Assembly: GCF_036971445.1 (NCBI RefSeq)
Contig: NC_091473.1
Span: 236,344,001 to 236,408,000, forward strand
Length of the DNA stretch: 64,000 nucleotides
Reading direction: 5' to 3'
Source: Narcine bancroftii
Taxonomy: Eukaryota
Position numbers and translations under genes: made by a program. Shown piece by piece: positions 51,975 through 64,000 of the stretch. Position 1 is the stretch's first letter; each line of letters starts with the position of its first letter. Under the pieces are notes generated by a model. It was not told the origin of the DNA. It did no database searches and saw only the letters and a program-made list of their open reading frames with translations.

Positions 51975-53140
51975 CAGGGGTGTCAAACTCAAATTCACAG
52001 AGGGCCAAAATTAAAAACTTGGACTAAGTCGAGGGCCGAACTAAATATTTATTGAAAATTTTCAACAACATCTGCATGTTTTCTCTTCTTTCAACATATG
52101 TAATGTTAAACTTTAGGATATAACTTTCGGAGGATAATGTTACAGGTCAGGAGTAGGTAGCTCAAGTTCACCCTTTGCTTGACCTGAGGGAAACATATTT
52201 GGTCCCTGTGGAGATGTAGTCAGCATTCACAGGCTGTGTCCATTTTGGCCTGCATCAGGACTCAGCATTTCCTGCTCACTCCTCAGGCTCTAGGCCTCTA
52301 TTTACCCTCGACCAACCATCCCTCTACCTGACCAGTCCTTTACCCAACCTCCACTCACCCCTCACTCCACTCGCTCTGCCTCTACCCACCCCATCCTATA
52401 CACGCCCCTCTACTGCCTCTCCCCTCAACCTGTTCCTCCCTCTACCCGTCTCTCACCCTCTAATCACCCCTCCCCTACTCGCCCTGCCCCTCCCATTTTA
52501 CCTCTTCCTTATCCACCCCTCCTTCTACTCATCCCTCCCTCTAACTGCCCCTCGCACCATCATAACTTCCCCTGCCCATTACTCCTCACCTACACCCTCT
52601 GCCCACCCCTGCTTACCCACCCACTCATGCCCAGCGCGCTGCCGATCAGCCTTTGCGGACAGCCACCATCTCTCTCTTCACGTGCAGGGCCGAACCAGCC
52701 GTCCCTGGGGTCCGCGCGGGTGCAAGCGCTGAAGGCTGTGGCGACCGGGAGAAGTGCGCTCGCGCTGTGGAAGGGCCATCCGGTGCCAGTCGCGCGGGGC
52801 TTGCGCTGCCCGGGGGCCGTGCGCAGCCTGTCGCGCTGACAGGAAATCACAGGCGCTCGCCAATCCGCCGCACCGCTCGACAGGTGGGAGAAGTGACTGG
52901 TTGTGCGGGGAGCCTTCCAACTGGCTTGCCGGCTGATGACATCGACAGACTTCTCGTGTTACGATGGGGAAGGATGTGCAATGAAGGGGGAGGATGGTGG
53001 GGGTGACATGACCAAAAAACAGTATCGGCTCTCGCTGCAGGGCGGGCCACCTCTAATACATTTTTGAAATGATCTTGCAGGCCAAATATAATTATATCGC
53101 AGGCCAAATTTGGCCCGCGGGCCAGAGTTTGATATGTGTG
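51975..53140. mobile_element. Non-autonomous hAT element, copy B (1166 bp, opposite orientation)
   Basis: TIRs CAGGGGTGTCAAACTC / GAGTTTGATATGTGTG; perfect 8-bp TSD CTCTAACA (51967-51974, 53141-53148). Confidence 0.9.
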
Positions 53141-54981
53141 CTCTAACAGATATGAATGGTTTAACTGTTCAATAAACCATGACATGTTTGCCTCAACATT
53201 TTCTATAACCTGTAAAAACTCTTGAAATGTGAAATCCTCTGAAGTGCCTGCCAACATTTACACGGATATTGTTTATTTAAAATTATTAAATTTTTTTTCA
53301 GTTATCAGGAAGAATTTAATAAGCATTAATGTCATTGTTTCATGTGATGAATACCCATGCCTGAACTGTAAGGTTGTGTGTTCTCTGCACATGCTGGGTG
53401 ACTTGGTAAGTTTCCAATAATTTTTCTTTTCGATGAATTGTTTGAATATGCATTGCATCCTTTGGATAACATGAGAATGAGCAAAACATTTGTTGGATAT
53501 TATTGATTCATGCTGATCTTTATTACCATGGCAACCCCTTTAGATATTGTGTAAAACCACAACAATTGTTTTCTACACAGGCCAAGTCCCTTCTATAATT
53601 GTTCACAGATTTTTTTCCCCTTTTTTTGAAATGCTAAATAATTTCATAAACTGTATTGGAATGGTATTTAACCATATAAAAATAACCATATAACCGTTTA
53701 CAGCACGGAAACAGGCCATGTCAGCCCTTCAAGTCCATACCGGTTCACTTGAACAACTCCACTAGCTCCTCTGCAGACTCCTGAGGAAATAGAGGCTTTC
53801 TTCATGATGCCATTGGTGTGTTGCCTGGCATTAATCAGAACAATCTCCAAGTTTTGACTTTGGCCAGGTGGCTTGTGTCGTAGTCAGAGCTTACTCCTTG
53901 CAGTCTTTCTGCTTTTTCTTTTGCAAATTTTGATTGGGGAAAATTAATTTGAATTGAGCAAGGCCACAATCTTAGAAATATGGTCCATTGAGACCCATGC
54001 AGAAGTTCTTCGAATCTCCCACTTTGACTCTTTATAAGTTTCAAGAACATGAACATTTTTTTTTTTTAAGATGACTACTGGTTCTCAGGGTACTATTATC
54101 TTCTCCAGTCCCTTTTTAATGTGCAATAGTAACATGTAAAACAGACATGGTCTACACTTCCTTGATTTAGTTTCATTAAATTTTCCTCCATGTTAATTTT
54201 TATTCTTTTTGCTTCTTTTTAATTCCTCAACTATTGTTGGAAGGGTGAAAGTCTTATGCTAGCCTTCTCCTTGTATCTAGTTTTTTAATGCCAAGATTAC
54301 AGTAGAATCATTTCTGGAGTTATGAATTCCCTTATCATTGCAGTTGGTACTTGACAAACACTTGCGTGTTACAGCACCCCAGAAAGTTTACAGAAGCTGA
54401 GACTTTCAGTTACAATGCTACCTTACAAGCAGTTGCTGCACTGATTAGAGTAATAATCCAGATGTGTTTACGTACATTATTGGCCAACATCACTATACAT
54501 TTAACTTTGCTACACTTACATTAGAAGTACTTAAGACTAACACTTTCCTAACTTAACGCGCAATATGATTGACAAAGACCTTAAAATGTATGACATCATC
54601 CAAAATACATATGACAAATCAGATCGATTATTTATTGGTTTTTTTAATACCTGAGGCATTAAATGGGGAGAACATGTCTTTTTTTTTTCCAAAAAAAGAC
54701 ATTGGTGAAGTACTGTGTGAAGTTCTGGTTACCATACCATGGCCTGTGGTACCAATAGATGGGATGCAAGTGAGATTTATGGATCTATTGCCAGGCTTGG
54801 GGCATTTGTTCACAGTAGAAACTGACTTGGATGAGATTATTGTTTTTCTTGGAACAAATGAGGCTGAGGAATGAACTGATTTAGTTTGTAATGTACGAGA
54901 AGCATTTAATTAATTAGTCGAAGGATTAGAAGGGAGTGTAGGATAAGAAAGATCATTGGGTGTGCCTAACAGGGTGGTGGA

Positions 54982-55094
54982 GGTACAACCATTTCCACCC
55001 AACTATTATTTGTGTTTCATTTAAAATGCAACTGTTGGGTACAACCATTTCCACCCAACTATTATTTAGGTTTCATTTAAAATGCAACTGTTGG
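54982..55094 (+). repeat. 56-bp tandem duplication
   Basis: GGTACAACCATTTCCACCCAACTATTATTT...GCAACTGTTG at 54982 and 55038. Confidence 0.9.
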
Positions 55095-57839
55095 ATCACA
55101 AATTAGGAGACAAAATTAACGGAAATAGTTTTTGTAAAATCCAGAATTGTTTGAATGGTTTCCAATAATGTAAAAGTGATTCTATCACTTTTTAAGCATA
55201 AGGAAATAATAAGATGTAATAAAATCCAGACTTTTTTTCTTACAATTGTTTCAGATTGAGCCTCAGTTCCATTTTACTAACAGCTGTGTCTTGGATTAGT
55301 ATCCACAAGGGTGGAGATGGAAAAATACGGTTGTCTGCCTTCATTTCCCAATGGTGCTAAATCATAATTTGGATTGAACTTGTTTAATGTCAATATTTGT
55401 TGTCCCAAATTCAATTAAATATTTTCAGACTTTTGGAACATAATCTTATTCAAGCCACAGAGTTTCACAAATGAAAAACAATTGTATGCAATGAACATGA
55501 GCAGCCTAACAACTACTTATATTAGCCACATACAATCTTGGGACAATGATAATTTACTATATTCCAATTTAATATTTGTAGGGCAGTGCTACCTTTATTG
55601 TTGCAAAATCTTTGATTTTATACAAATATAAAATCTGAAATTTCACAGCATATAACGAGAAAAGTCAAATTCTAGTGCTTTTGTGTTTCCATCTGATATG
55701 CAAGGAACCAGGTTATTCAGTCCATATCAACACCTTGCAAGACCATTCCAATTTAATGAACTCCTCCTGTCCCTTTAATTCATTTTACTTTCTAGCCAGA
55801 TGAAGGATGCAAGTGCTAGAATCTGGAACGAAAAACAAACCATGGGAGGAACTTGGCGTGCCAGGCAACATCTGTTAATGCAAAGAATGGGTTGACATGT
55901 CATGTTAACATTCTGTATCAGGACTGAGAGGGTAAAGGGGAGATAGCTGGTGTGAAGTGGTGAGACAGGAGCAGGCATATGATAGGTGAATCTAGGTGAG
56001 GAGTTTTTGGGTAGATGAATTCTAGTTAGGCAAGCAAGGAGGCTCCAAGCCCTTTTGTTTCCCCCCCCCCCCCCCCCCAAACCTGGCTCCGTGTGTCCAT
56101 CAACCTCTCCTCACCTGGATCCACCTATTACTTAGTAATTCTTTCTTATCCTTCCTCACCACTTTATACTCGGCTATCTGATGCAAATTCTTGGCCTAAA
56201 ATGATTACCATCCTACTCACTTAGTTCACATTAGTTAGAATCTCTCTTTAAAAGTTCTTAAGAGTCACTATCTCAGAGGACCTTTCCTGGACCCAACACA
56301 TTAATGGAATTGTTAAAAAAATACGTTATTTCTTCTACTTCCTCATCTTTTGGGCAGCTCTGTGGAGGGGGAAGAACCTATGTGGAGAGGCAGCAATGGT
56401 GAAATGTTTTCAAAGAATGTGACTAAAAATGCTTTCAGATTTGTATATCCATGCAAGTGAAGTTTGTTTTGTGTAAGTACAGTAGAGTATTTTTGTCTTT
56501 TAAACTTTTAATGCAGGTGCATTAGACATTGTAAGAGTAAGTCTCAAGCAACCAGAAAATACACTTATTCGGCATCTACCAATCCCCATAGGTGCCGACT
56601 ACCAGGGGTTTTACTGTATATTTCGACAAGATCTGCTTTCATTCATCTCGAATTCCACAAGCATCATTCCAAGTTACTTAATCTTTCCTTATAGGCTAAC
56701 CCCCTCATCTCCTGAATCAACATGATGAACCTCCTCTGCACTGCCTCTAAAGCCAATGTATCTTTTCTTCAGTAAGGAGAACAGAACTGCATCCTGTACA
56801 GTTACAGTAGAACCTCCCTGCTCTTGAATTCGATCCCTCCAGCAATGAAAACCCACATCAAGATTACCTGCTGCACCTGCAAATTCACTTTTTGTGTGTC
56901 ATGCACAAGCATTCCCAAATCCCTCTGCACAACAGACTGCTGGAATCTTGCACCATTTAAATAATAACCTGATCAATCGTTTCTTCCAAAGTGGATGGCT
57001 TTGGATTTACCAACATTGCACTCCATTTGCAAGACCCTTTCCCACTCAGTCAACCTATTTATATCTCTGTAGACCAGTTGTTTTCAAACTGCCCCCCAAA
57101 CTCACATTCCACCGTAAGCAATCCCGATGCCAAAAGTTCTCTGTGATTGGCAAGGGATTGCTTAAGGTGGTATGTGAGTGGGGTGGGAAGGTTGAGAACC
57201 ACTGAACTATTTGACTTGAGAAAAATTGTCATTGGCCCATTTCCTTTGGAGTTATGAAACCATGCACATAACAAGTCAATTAGATTAAAGCAGTGGTTTT
57301 CAAACCTTTTTCTTCTAAATCATTGATCGATATTGTGAACATTTTCAGGTGTAGCTCTGACCTCTTTAGCACTCTACCAACCAGAAATGCTTACATTATC
57401 TGTCTGTCTTCTATTTGTTAACCAATTCTCTAGCCATGCTAAGACATGATACTTAATTTCATATATCCTTATGGATAGGTGGAGGCCGCACTTTATCGAA
57501 CACCTTCTGAGAACATTGACGTTCCCCTCAATCTCCTGCATTTATTATCTCCTCTAAGAACACTAGTACATTTCTTAAGTAGGACCTGCCCTTCTTCAAT
57601 CCATGATGCATTGGCCTGATAGTACAATTTCTCGCTATTTTATCTTTAATGATAGTTTCAAGCTTTTTTTTCTTGACAGTAGGCATTAAGCTAACTGGAT
57701 TATAGATTCCTGGCTTTGTCCACGTGCTTTTTAAAAAATAAAAAAACAGGTGGCATGGCATTTGCTGTCTTGCTGCTTGCCAAAGGTCCAGAAAACTTTT
57801 TGTAAATTAGCATAAATGCATTTACTAAAAACAAAACGG

Positions 57840-58212
57840 CTGGCAGAACTCAGTAGTTCTTCTTCAAGATATAAGCAAAAGGCAGGCAGGTGTTGGAATA
57901 CAAAGAGGCAGAGGAGGGGAAGAAAGGGTAGGGGCAACAGACAAAAGGTGAGAATTGGACATGGATAGGGAGACAGGAGAGGAAAGGTGAGAATTGATTG
58001 GCGAGGGGGAGGCTTTGTCAATACAGAGCTGGAGGAAGGGGGACAAAAGATGGACATGGAGGAAATCGGAAAGAGGGATAGGGGAAGGATAGAGATGTGG
58101 AGGGGGGAGGGGCTAACAGAAATAGAAGTCCATGTTAATGCCCAGATGGAATATGAAGTGTTGTTCCTCCATTTTGCAGGTGCTCTCAATTTGGCAGTCC
58201 ATGAGACCATAG
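57840..58212 (-). mobile_element. Penelope-like fragment split by the CR1 insertion (continues at about 60046-60210)
   Basis: 58130-58212 and 60046-60210 align collinearly with 10190-10290 and 10295-10470 of the uninterrupted copy. Confidence 0.7.
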
Positions 58213-60045
58213 ATAGGAACATAGGAAGTAGGAACAGGAGTAGGCCAAAAATGGCCCATCGAGCCTGCTCCGCCATTCAATAAGATCATGGCTGATCTAA
58301 TTTATGACCTAACTCCACCTACCTGCCTTCTCCCCATATCCCCTAATTCCTCTATCATGTAAAAATTTATCTAACTAAATTTTAAATATGTTTAATGAAG
58401 CAGTCTTAACCACTTCCCTGGTTAGAGAATTCCAAACATTCACTACTCTCTGGGAAAAACTATTTTTCCTCATCTCTGTCCTAAATCTACTCCCCTGAAT
58501 CTTGAGACTGTGTCCTCTTGTTTTAGTTTCCCCGGCCAGCTCAAAAAATCTTCCTACATCTATCCTATCCATACCTTTCATAATCCTATATATTTCTATA
58601 AGATCTCCTGAACTCGAGCAAATACAATCTGAGACAATTTAATCTTTCATCATAAGGAATCAACCTAGTAAACTTCCTCTGGACCGCCAGTGTATCCTTC
58701 CTCAAATATGGAGACCAGAACTGGACACAGTACTCCAGGTGCGGTCTCACTAGTACCTTATACAGTTCCAACATTACCTCCCTACTCCTGAATTCAATTC
58801 CTCTAGCAATGAAGGCCAACATTCCATTTGCCTTCTTAATAACCTGCTGCACCTGCAACCTAACTTTTTGCGATTCATGCACAAGCACACCCAAGTCCCT
58901 CTGCACAACAGCATGCTGTAGTTTTTCACCCTTTAAATAATATTCAGCTCTTTTATTTTTCTTGCCAAAGTGGATAACCTCACACTTACTAACATTGTAC
59001 TCCATCTGCCAGACCTTTGCCCACTCATCCAGTTTAACTATATCCCTCTGCAGACTCTCCACATCCTCATTACAATTTGCTCTTCCACTCAATTTGGTGT
59101 CATCCGCAAACTTGGCTACACCACATTTTGTCCCTTCCTCCAAGTCATCAATGTAAATGATGAACAGTTGTGGGCCTAACACTGACCCCTGCGGCACCCC
59201 ACTTACCACTCTCTGCCAACCTGAAAAACTCCCATTTATCCCGACTCTTTGCCTCCTGTCAGACAACCAATTTTCAATCCAGGCCAATATACTTCTCCGG
59301 ACTCCACTTTCCTGTAACTTACTGAGAAGTCTCTTGTGCGGCACCTTATCAAACGCTTTCCGGAAATCCAAATATACAACATCAATCTGTTCCCCTCTAT
59401 CCACCGCACCCATTATATCCTCAAAGAATCCTAACAAGTTCGTCAAACAAGATATTCCCTTTCTAAAACCATGCTGCATCTGCCTGATTGAACCCTTACA
59501 TTCCAAAAATTTCACTATTTCATCTTTAATGACGGCTTCAAGCATTTTTCCAACTACAGACGTCAAGCTAATTGGCCGATAATTTCCAGTCTTCTGCCTA
59601 CATCCCTTCTTAAAAAGTGGCATGACATTTGCTGTCTTCCAGTCTGCCAGGACCTGCCCAGAATCCAAGGAATTTTGGTATATGACCACCAATGCATCAA
59701 CTATAACTTCTGCCATTTCCTTCAGAACCCTTGGATGCATATCATCAGGACCAGGTGATTTGTCTGGCTTTAGTCCCATTAGTTTCTCCATCACTACTTC
59801 CTTTGTAACAGCTATTTATCAAGGCCCTCCCCAACATTCGCATCCTTAACTCTGCTCTTGGGCATGCTGGACAAGTCTTCCACTGTGAAGACTGACACAA
59901 AATATTTGTTCAATGCCTCGGCCATTTCCTCATTTTTTGCTACCAGTTTTTCTTTCTCATCCTCCAAAGGTCCTATGTTAACTCTGGCCACCCTCTTCCG
60001 TTTTATATATTTATAAAATTTTTTGCTTTCTGTTTTTATATGGCA
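58213..60045 (-). mobile_element. CR1 LINE, 5'-truncated, young, with RT domain
   Basis: ORF 58586-59794 has KSPGPD, YRPISLTS, QHGFR, DFRKAFD, GVPQGSVLGP and KFADD motifs; upstream ORF 59812-60054 is frameshifted; CR1-type 3' tail near 58213. Confidence 0.95.
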
Positions 60046-61535
60046 TGCCATCATGGGAATGGGGCAAGGAATTGAAATGGGTTACCACTGGGAGACCCTT
60101 GTGGCAGAAAGAGCTGAGGTGCTGAATGAAGCAATCTCCCAGTCGGTGTCCAGTCTCTCTGATGTAGAGAAGACCTCAATGGGAGTACCAGATGCAGTCA
60201 CCCTGCAGATATCCTAACTTCCATCATTTCTCTCCGTATCCTGTGATTGTTTATCTGCCTTTAGACTAACTAGTTTGCTCAGCAATACCTCCAGTGATTG
60301 TACTGATATGGACCAAATTCAGGCAAATGGAAGTAGCCCAGAATGAGTTCCTTTATGATTCAAAGACAGGCATGGATGATGAAATTCATCTCCAGTGCAT
60401 CAGTACTGCTTTTGGCCTTGTGCATTACAGTGATTTCCATCCTGCAGCATGTTTCCCATCCTACAGCAGGCAGCCAAAGCTCCAGAGATGATGCTATGGT
60501 GTCTACTGGACTGGAGAGGGGTTTGAATCCCACACTGTCCATAAGGAGTTTGTATGTTCTTCCTGTGTCTGCGTGGCTTTCCCCCAGTGGCTTCAGTTTC
60601 CTCCCACCATTCAAAACATACCGGGTGTGTAGGTTAATGGGGTGTAAATTGGGTGGCATGGACTTCAAAATTTAGACGCTGATTCCATGCTGCCCAATTG
60701 CACCCAAATTTAACCTATAACCCCGTACATTTTGGAAGGTAGGAGAAAATCGGAGCACCTGGAGAAAACCCACGCAGGTCACAGGGAGAACGTACAAACT
60801 CCTTGCAGACAGAGCCAGATTTGAACCTGGGTCGCTGGCACTGTAATGGCACTGTGCTGACCATTCCGACACCAAGTTCTGCAAGGTGCTCTCTGTTCTG
60901 AGCACCATCACTGCAAGAGATTACTGGGAGGTCAAAGGAACTTGATGTAGGCTCTGAAAGATGCCTGAAGGAAAAAAAAACATTTATCAATCCTGTCCTG
61001 TGACCAATCAAAGTGAAGCTGAGAGATCACCGAGTGCCTCCAGTTGCTTTAGGCTACAGAAGATCTGAATCAACAGAGCAACTCATTAGTCTGACCCATC
61101 AAGCAGCTCCATATGATTATCAGCTGCCTCCATCCACAAAATTGCCAAAGAAGAATGGCTGAGTTGTACTCATCTTTAACTGCATGAAACCTAAGGGTTA
61201 ACTTACTACCTCCATCCACTTGTCAGTAAGGTGCATTAATTAGATGGTAAATCTTTTGGGTGCTATTTCCATTAGGCACACTATTACAAAGTAGATTTTA
61301 TTAATAAATGCCTTAGAGCGTTGCTAAGCTTGCCCTCTCCTCCACCCAGTCCATCAAATACTCCCTCGGGAGCTCTCCATTTCATGACTCATGTTCTATT
61401 GGACGTCAATTGTTTTTGGAATGAAGAATTGCTGCAGCTTTAGTAACAGACTGGATGGGATATAAACATGTTCTTTGACTGAAAACACTCGCCCATAGAG
61501 TCAAACTCCTGGGTTGCCACCGATCTAAGGGAAGG

Positions 61536-61688
61536 ATGACGACTGGATCACTGAAAGCATTGCTACTTCTTTCCTTAACATTCCTTGAGAAGACCTTCGC
61601 TTTTTCTGAAGTAGAGAAGAAGGAGCTGGTCAATGCTCATAATTATTATCGAGCTCTGGTGCTGGATGCTTCTAACATGCTAAGAATG
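61536..61688 (+). CDS. PI16: PI16-like (peptidase inhibitor 16, CAP/SCP superfamily) coding exon 1; gene continues beyond the window
   Basis: Signal-peptide-like MTTGSLKALLLLSLTFLEKTFA, then FSEVEKKELVNAHNYYRALVLDASNMLRM (CAP HN..R...ASNM motif); phase-0 donor ATG|GTAAT; TATAAA at 61461-61466. PI16 follows C6orf89 in human. Confidence 0.8.
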
Positions 61689-64000
61689 GTAATGAAATTG
61701 ATACTTTACTACCACTGGCACAATTGATATTAATTTGCATATAGAGATATATTTCTAAATGCTTGTTGGATGAATGAGGTCTGATTTCTCTTGGCCACGC
61801 AACAAGATCCTAGCTGATTTGCAGTAAAACCTATAGGTGACTTAAATTCATATTTGATGGCAACTCGTCTCACAAAGATCATTCAAATTGGATTCTGCAA
61901 AGCAAAGGCTATAATCAATTAATGTCGCACTTCACATCTTGAAGCAAATGCTCAACTTTTCAACTGTTTGATAGTAACATCTCAAGTTCTTCAACTTTTA
62001 ATTTTTGTAAGGGTTGTGTGACAGTCAACAAGTTCCTTTTGGAAACTTGAGCAATCACCCAATGTGATCGAGTGTCCATTGAGCTCAACCAATGGATTCT
62101 TAATGCATGGAGATAAGTGTGTTGATAAAACCAGATACCTTACTTTTGGGCGTGAAGACGAAGTTGTATATCAGGTGGGATGTAAAATGGAAGGGGGACT
62201 ATTAAACAAAAATGCTGGTGATAATCAACAGGTTTGGCAGTATGAGTGGAGGGGGAACCGGGGATCGTGCTTTAGTTCCTGACTTGCTTATAGCAGGCGT
62301 TCATCAAAAGGACTGGAGTCCATCACCCACCTCTTGTGACTGCGACTAATTTCTATCATTACATCCAACCCCTGCCAACAGAAGTCGTTCTCAAATCGAT
62401 GATTCCAGTCAGCCAATTTATATTTCAATACTGTCTGGTTGGAACGAATTGTATAAAAATAAAATTGTTTTCAGCAAAATTAAGTGATAAGGAATGGATT
62501 AAAATGGAAGTATGAAGAGCTGAGCTCCAGTATAAATAAACATACATTATTTTACCAATCTGAAAAATCATCTTTAATAGTTTGCAGTCCTCAATTATTT
62601 TTTTTTATTTCATCTTGTTCTGATGTTTCTGATTGTATAATGTGTTGGAGGGATTCACAACCAGATGTCCTGCTTTGACATCATAAATTATTGTTGAACC
62701 GTCCAAAAGCTGTTTTAAAAAAAATTCAGTTCTTGAAATTAATCTATAATATCATGTTTTCAGGTAAATGGTATGACCTCTCTCACAGCATTGATTTTAA
62801 CCACAAAATTGCTATTTAGTGTTAAGAAATCCTTGTTTAAAATATACTTCAACAGCTTCTACAAAAGTTTAAAATGCAAATCGTTTAGTTTTGGAAACAA
62901 TTCAAGTAGACCTCGGCTTTGCAGTTCCACCTACAGAGTGATGTGTGCATTTTGAACAAGTGCAAAGGTCTGGTGGCCTGAAAAATTGAAAGTGGGAACT
63001 GTAATTTGTCTGTCATTCTTCTTTCCTGAAAGATAGCTTGCTCTGCTCTCCAGGACCCCGACACATATCACCATCAATCTTGAAAGACTTAACTTCTCCC
63101 AGAGCTTCAGCATTCTGTTGGACCACAGAAACATCTTCCAGATACCCATGACCCCATTCTCAAAGTGCATTCTCTGTTAGTGACAGAAACTTTCAAATGT
63201 CTTAGTCAATGACCGCAGATATACCAGTCACAGACTCCAAATAGAACTCCTCAAGCATTCATCCTTGCATCTCCAAGAATTCCAAATCTCCCAAATTCAA
63301 ATTCTCTGAACTAAGATGCCCTTCTCTACCACCAAAGCCTGACATTGAAGATGATGATATTCTTATTATGAAGGTTCTGGAATTCTCGTTTTGTCCTCTG
63401 CACCAATGTGTTCCCTCAATTCATTTAAAACCTATAATGCTACATTCCATAATCCAAAATCCTTGGGACTGGACACTTCAGTATTCGGATTATTTTGGAT
63501 TATTGAATTAAAATGGTGGTGGTACAGATTCACACAAAACAAAGACACAGCCCTGGTTTGGGGGGGGGGGTGGGTTGCAGCGGTGTTGGACAGGGGGGGG
63601 GGTGAGATAAAGAAAGACCATAAAATCACCAGCATACTTTTTATTTTTAAGTAAAAATAATACATTAAAATTTCAAACACATTTGGCTCAAACTAAGCTT
63701 TTAAGTAAAACTTGCAGTAAAACTTTAAATATAAAAGCAGTAAAAGCACATGACAATAAATTTCTTCATCATTAGAAATGGTGATCATCATCTTCAAGTT
63801 GGAGTTTTTTTATTGACCTTGCAGTGTAAACTGTTTCATCAAAAAAGGTTTCTATCTAAGCAGTGTTTCTTTGATTGAATAAGCTGCCATAATCACATGC
63901 TCAATGATAAGTGCACTTTGCTCTGTGCCACCAATGGTGGATTGGAGGCGCTAGACTTTTTTTTCGAGTGGAACTTATAAAGTAAGCATTCCCTCGTGTT

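Noticed and set aside
58586-59794. 402-aa reverse transcriptase ORF as a novel or domesticated RT gene
   Set aside because: It is an ordinary 5'-truncated CR1 ORF2 with frameshifts, a CR1 3' tail and a near-identical sibling fragment in the same window.

Overview
AT-rich vertebrate genomic DNA. The repeat content (CR1, Rex1-type and Penelope-like retroelements, tRNA-derived SINEs, hAT and Tc1 DNA elements) suggests a cartilaginous fish; this is inference. Three + strand genes can be assembled by hand with GT-AG junctions in consistent phase. (1) A complete 5-exon RH2 cone opsin (CDS 12835-22203, 354 aa) with unusual residues N83, G164, A167, C175, L207 and Y211 (bovine rhodopsin numbering). 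(2) A complete 7-coding-exon C6orf89 (BRAP/amfion) orthologue (30168-49254, 337 aa). (3) The first coding exon of a PI16-like CAP protein (61536-61688), which runs off the window. Most ORF-track entries are repeat-derived or spurious. Points worth a second look: the remodelled retinal pocket of RH2; a compound minisatellite of splice-acceptor-like units with a ~580-nt AG-free block just before C6orf89; minimal hammerhead-ribozyme motifs in Penelope-like repeats; and two hAT elements with shared ends, perfect 8-bp TSDs and mostly different GC-rich interiors. I found no clearly new multi-gene system.
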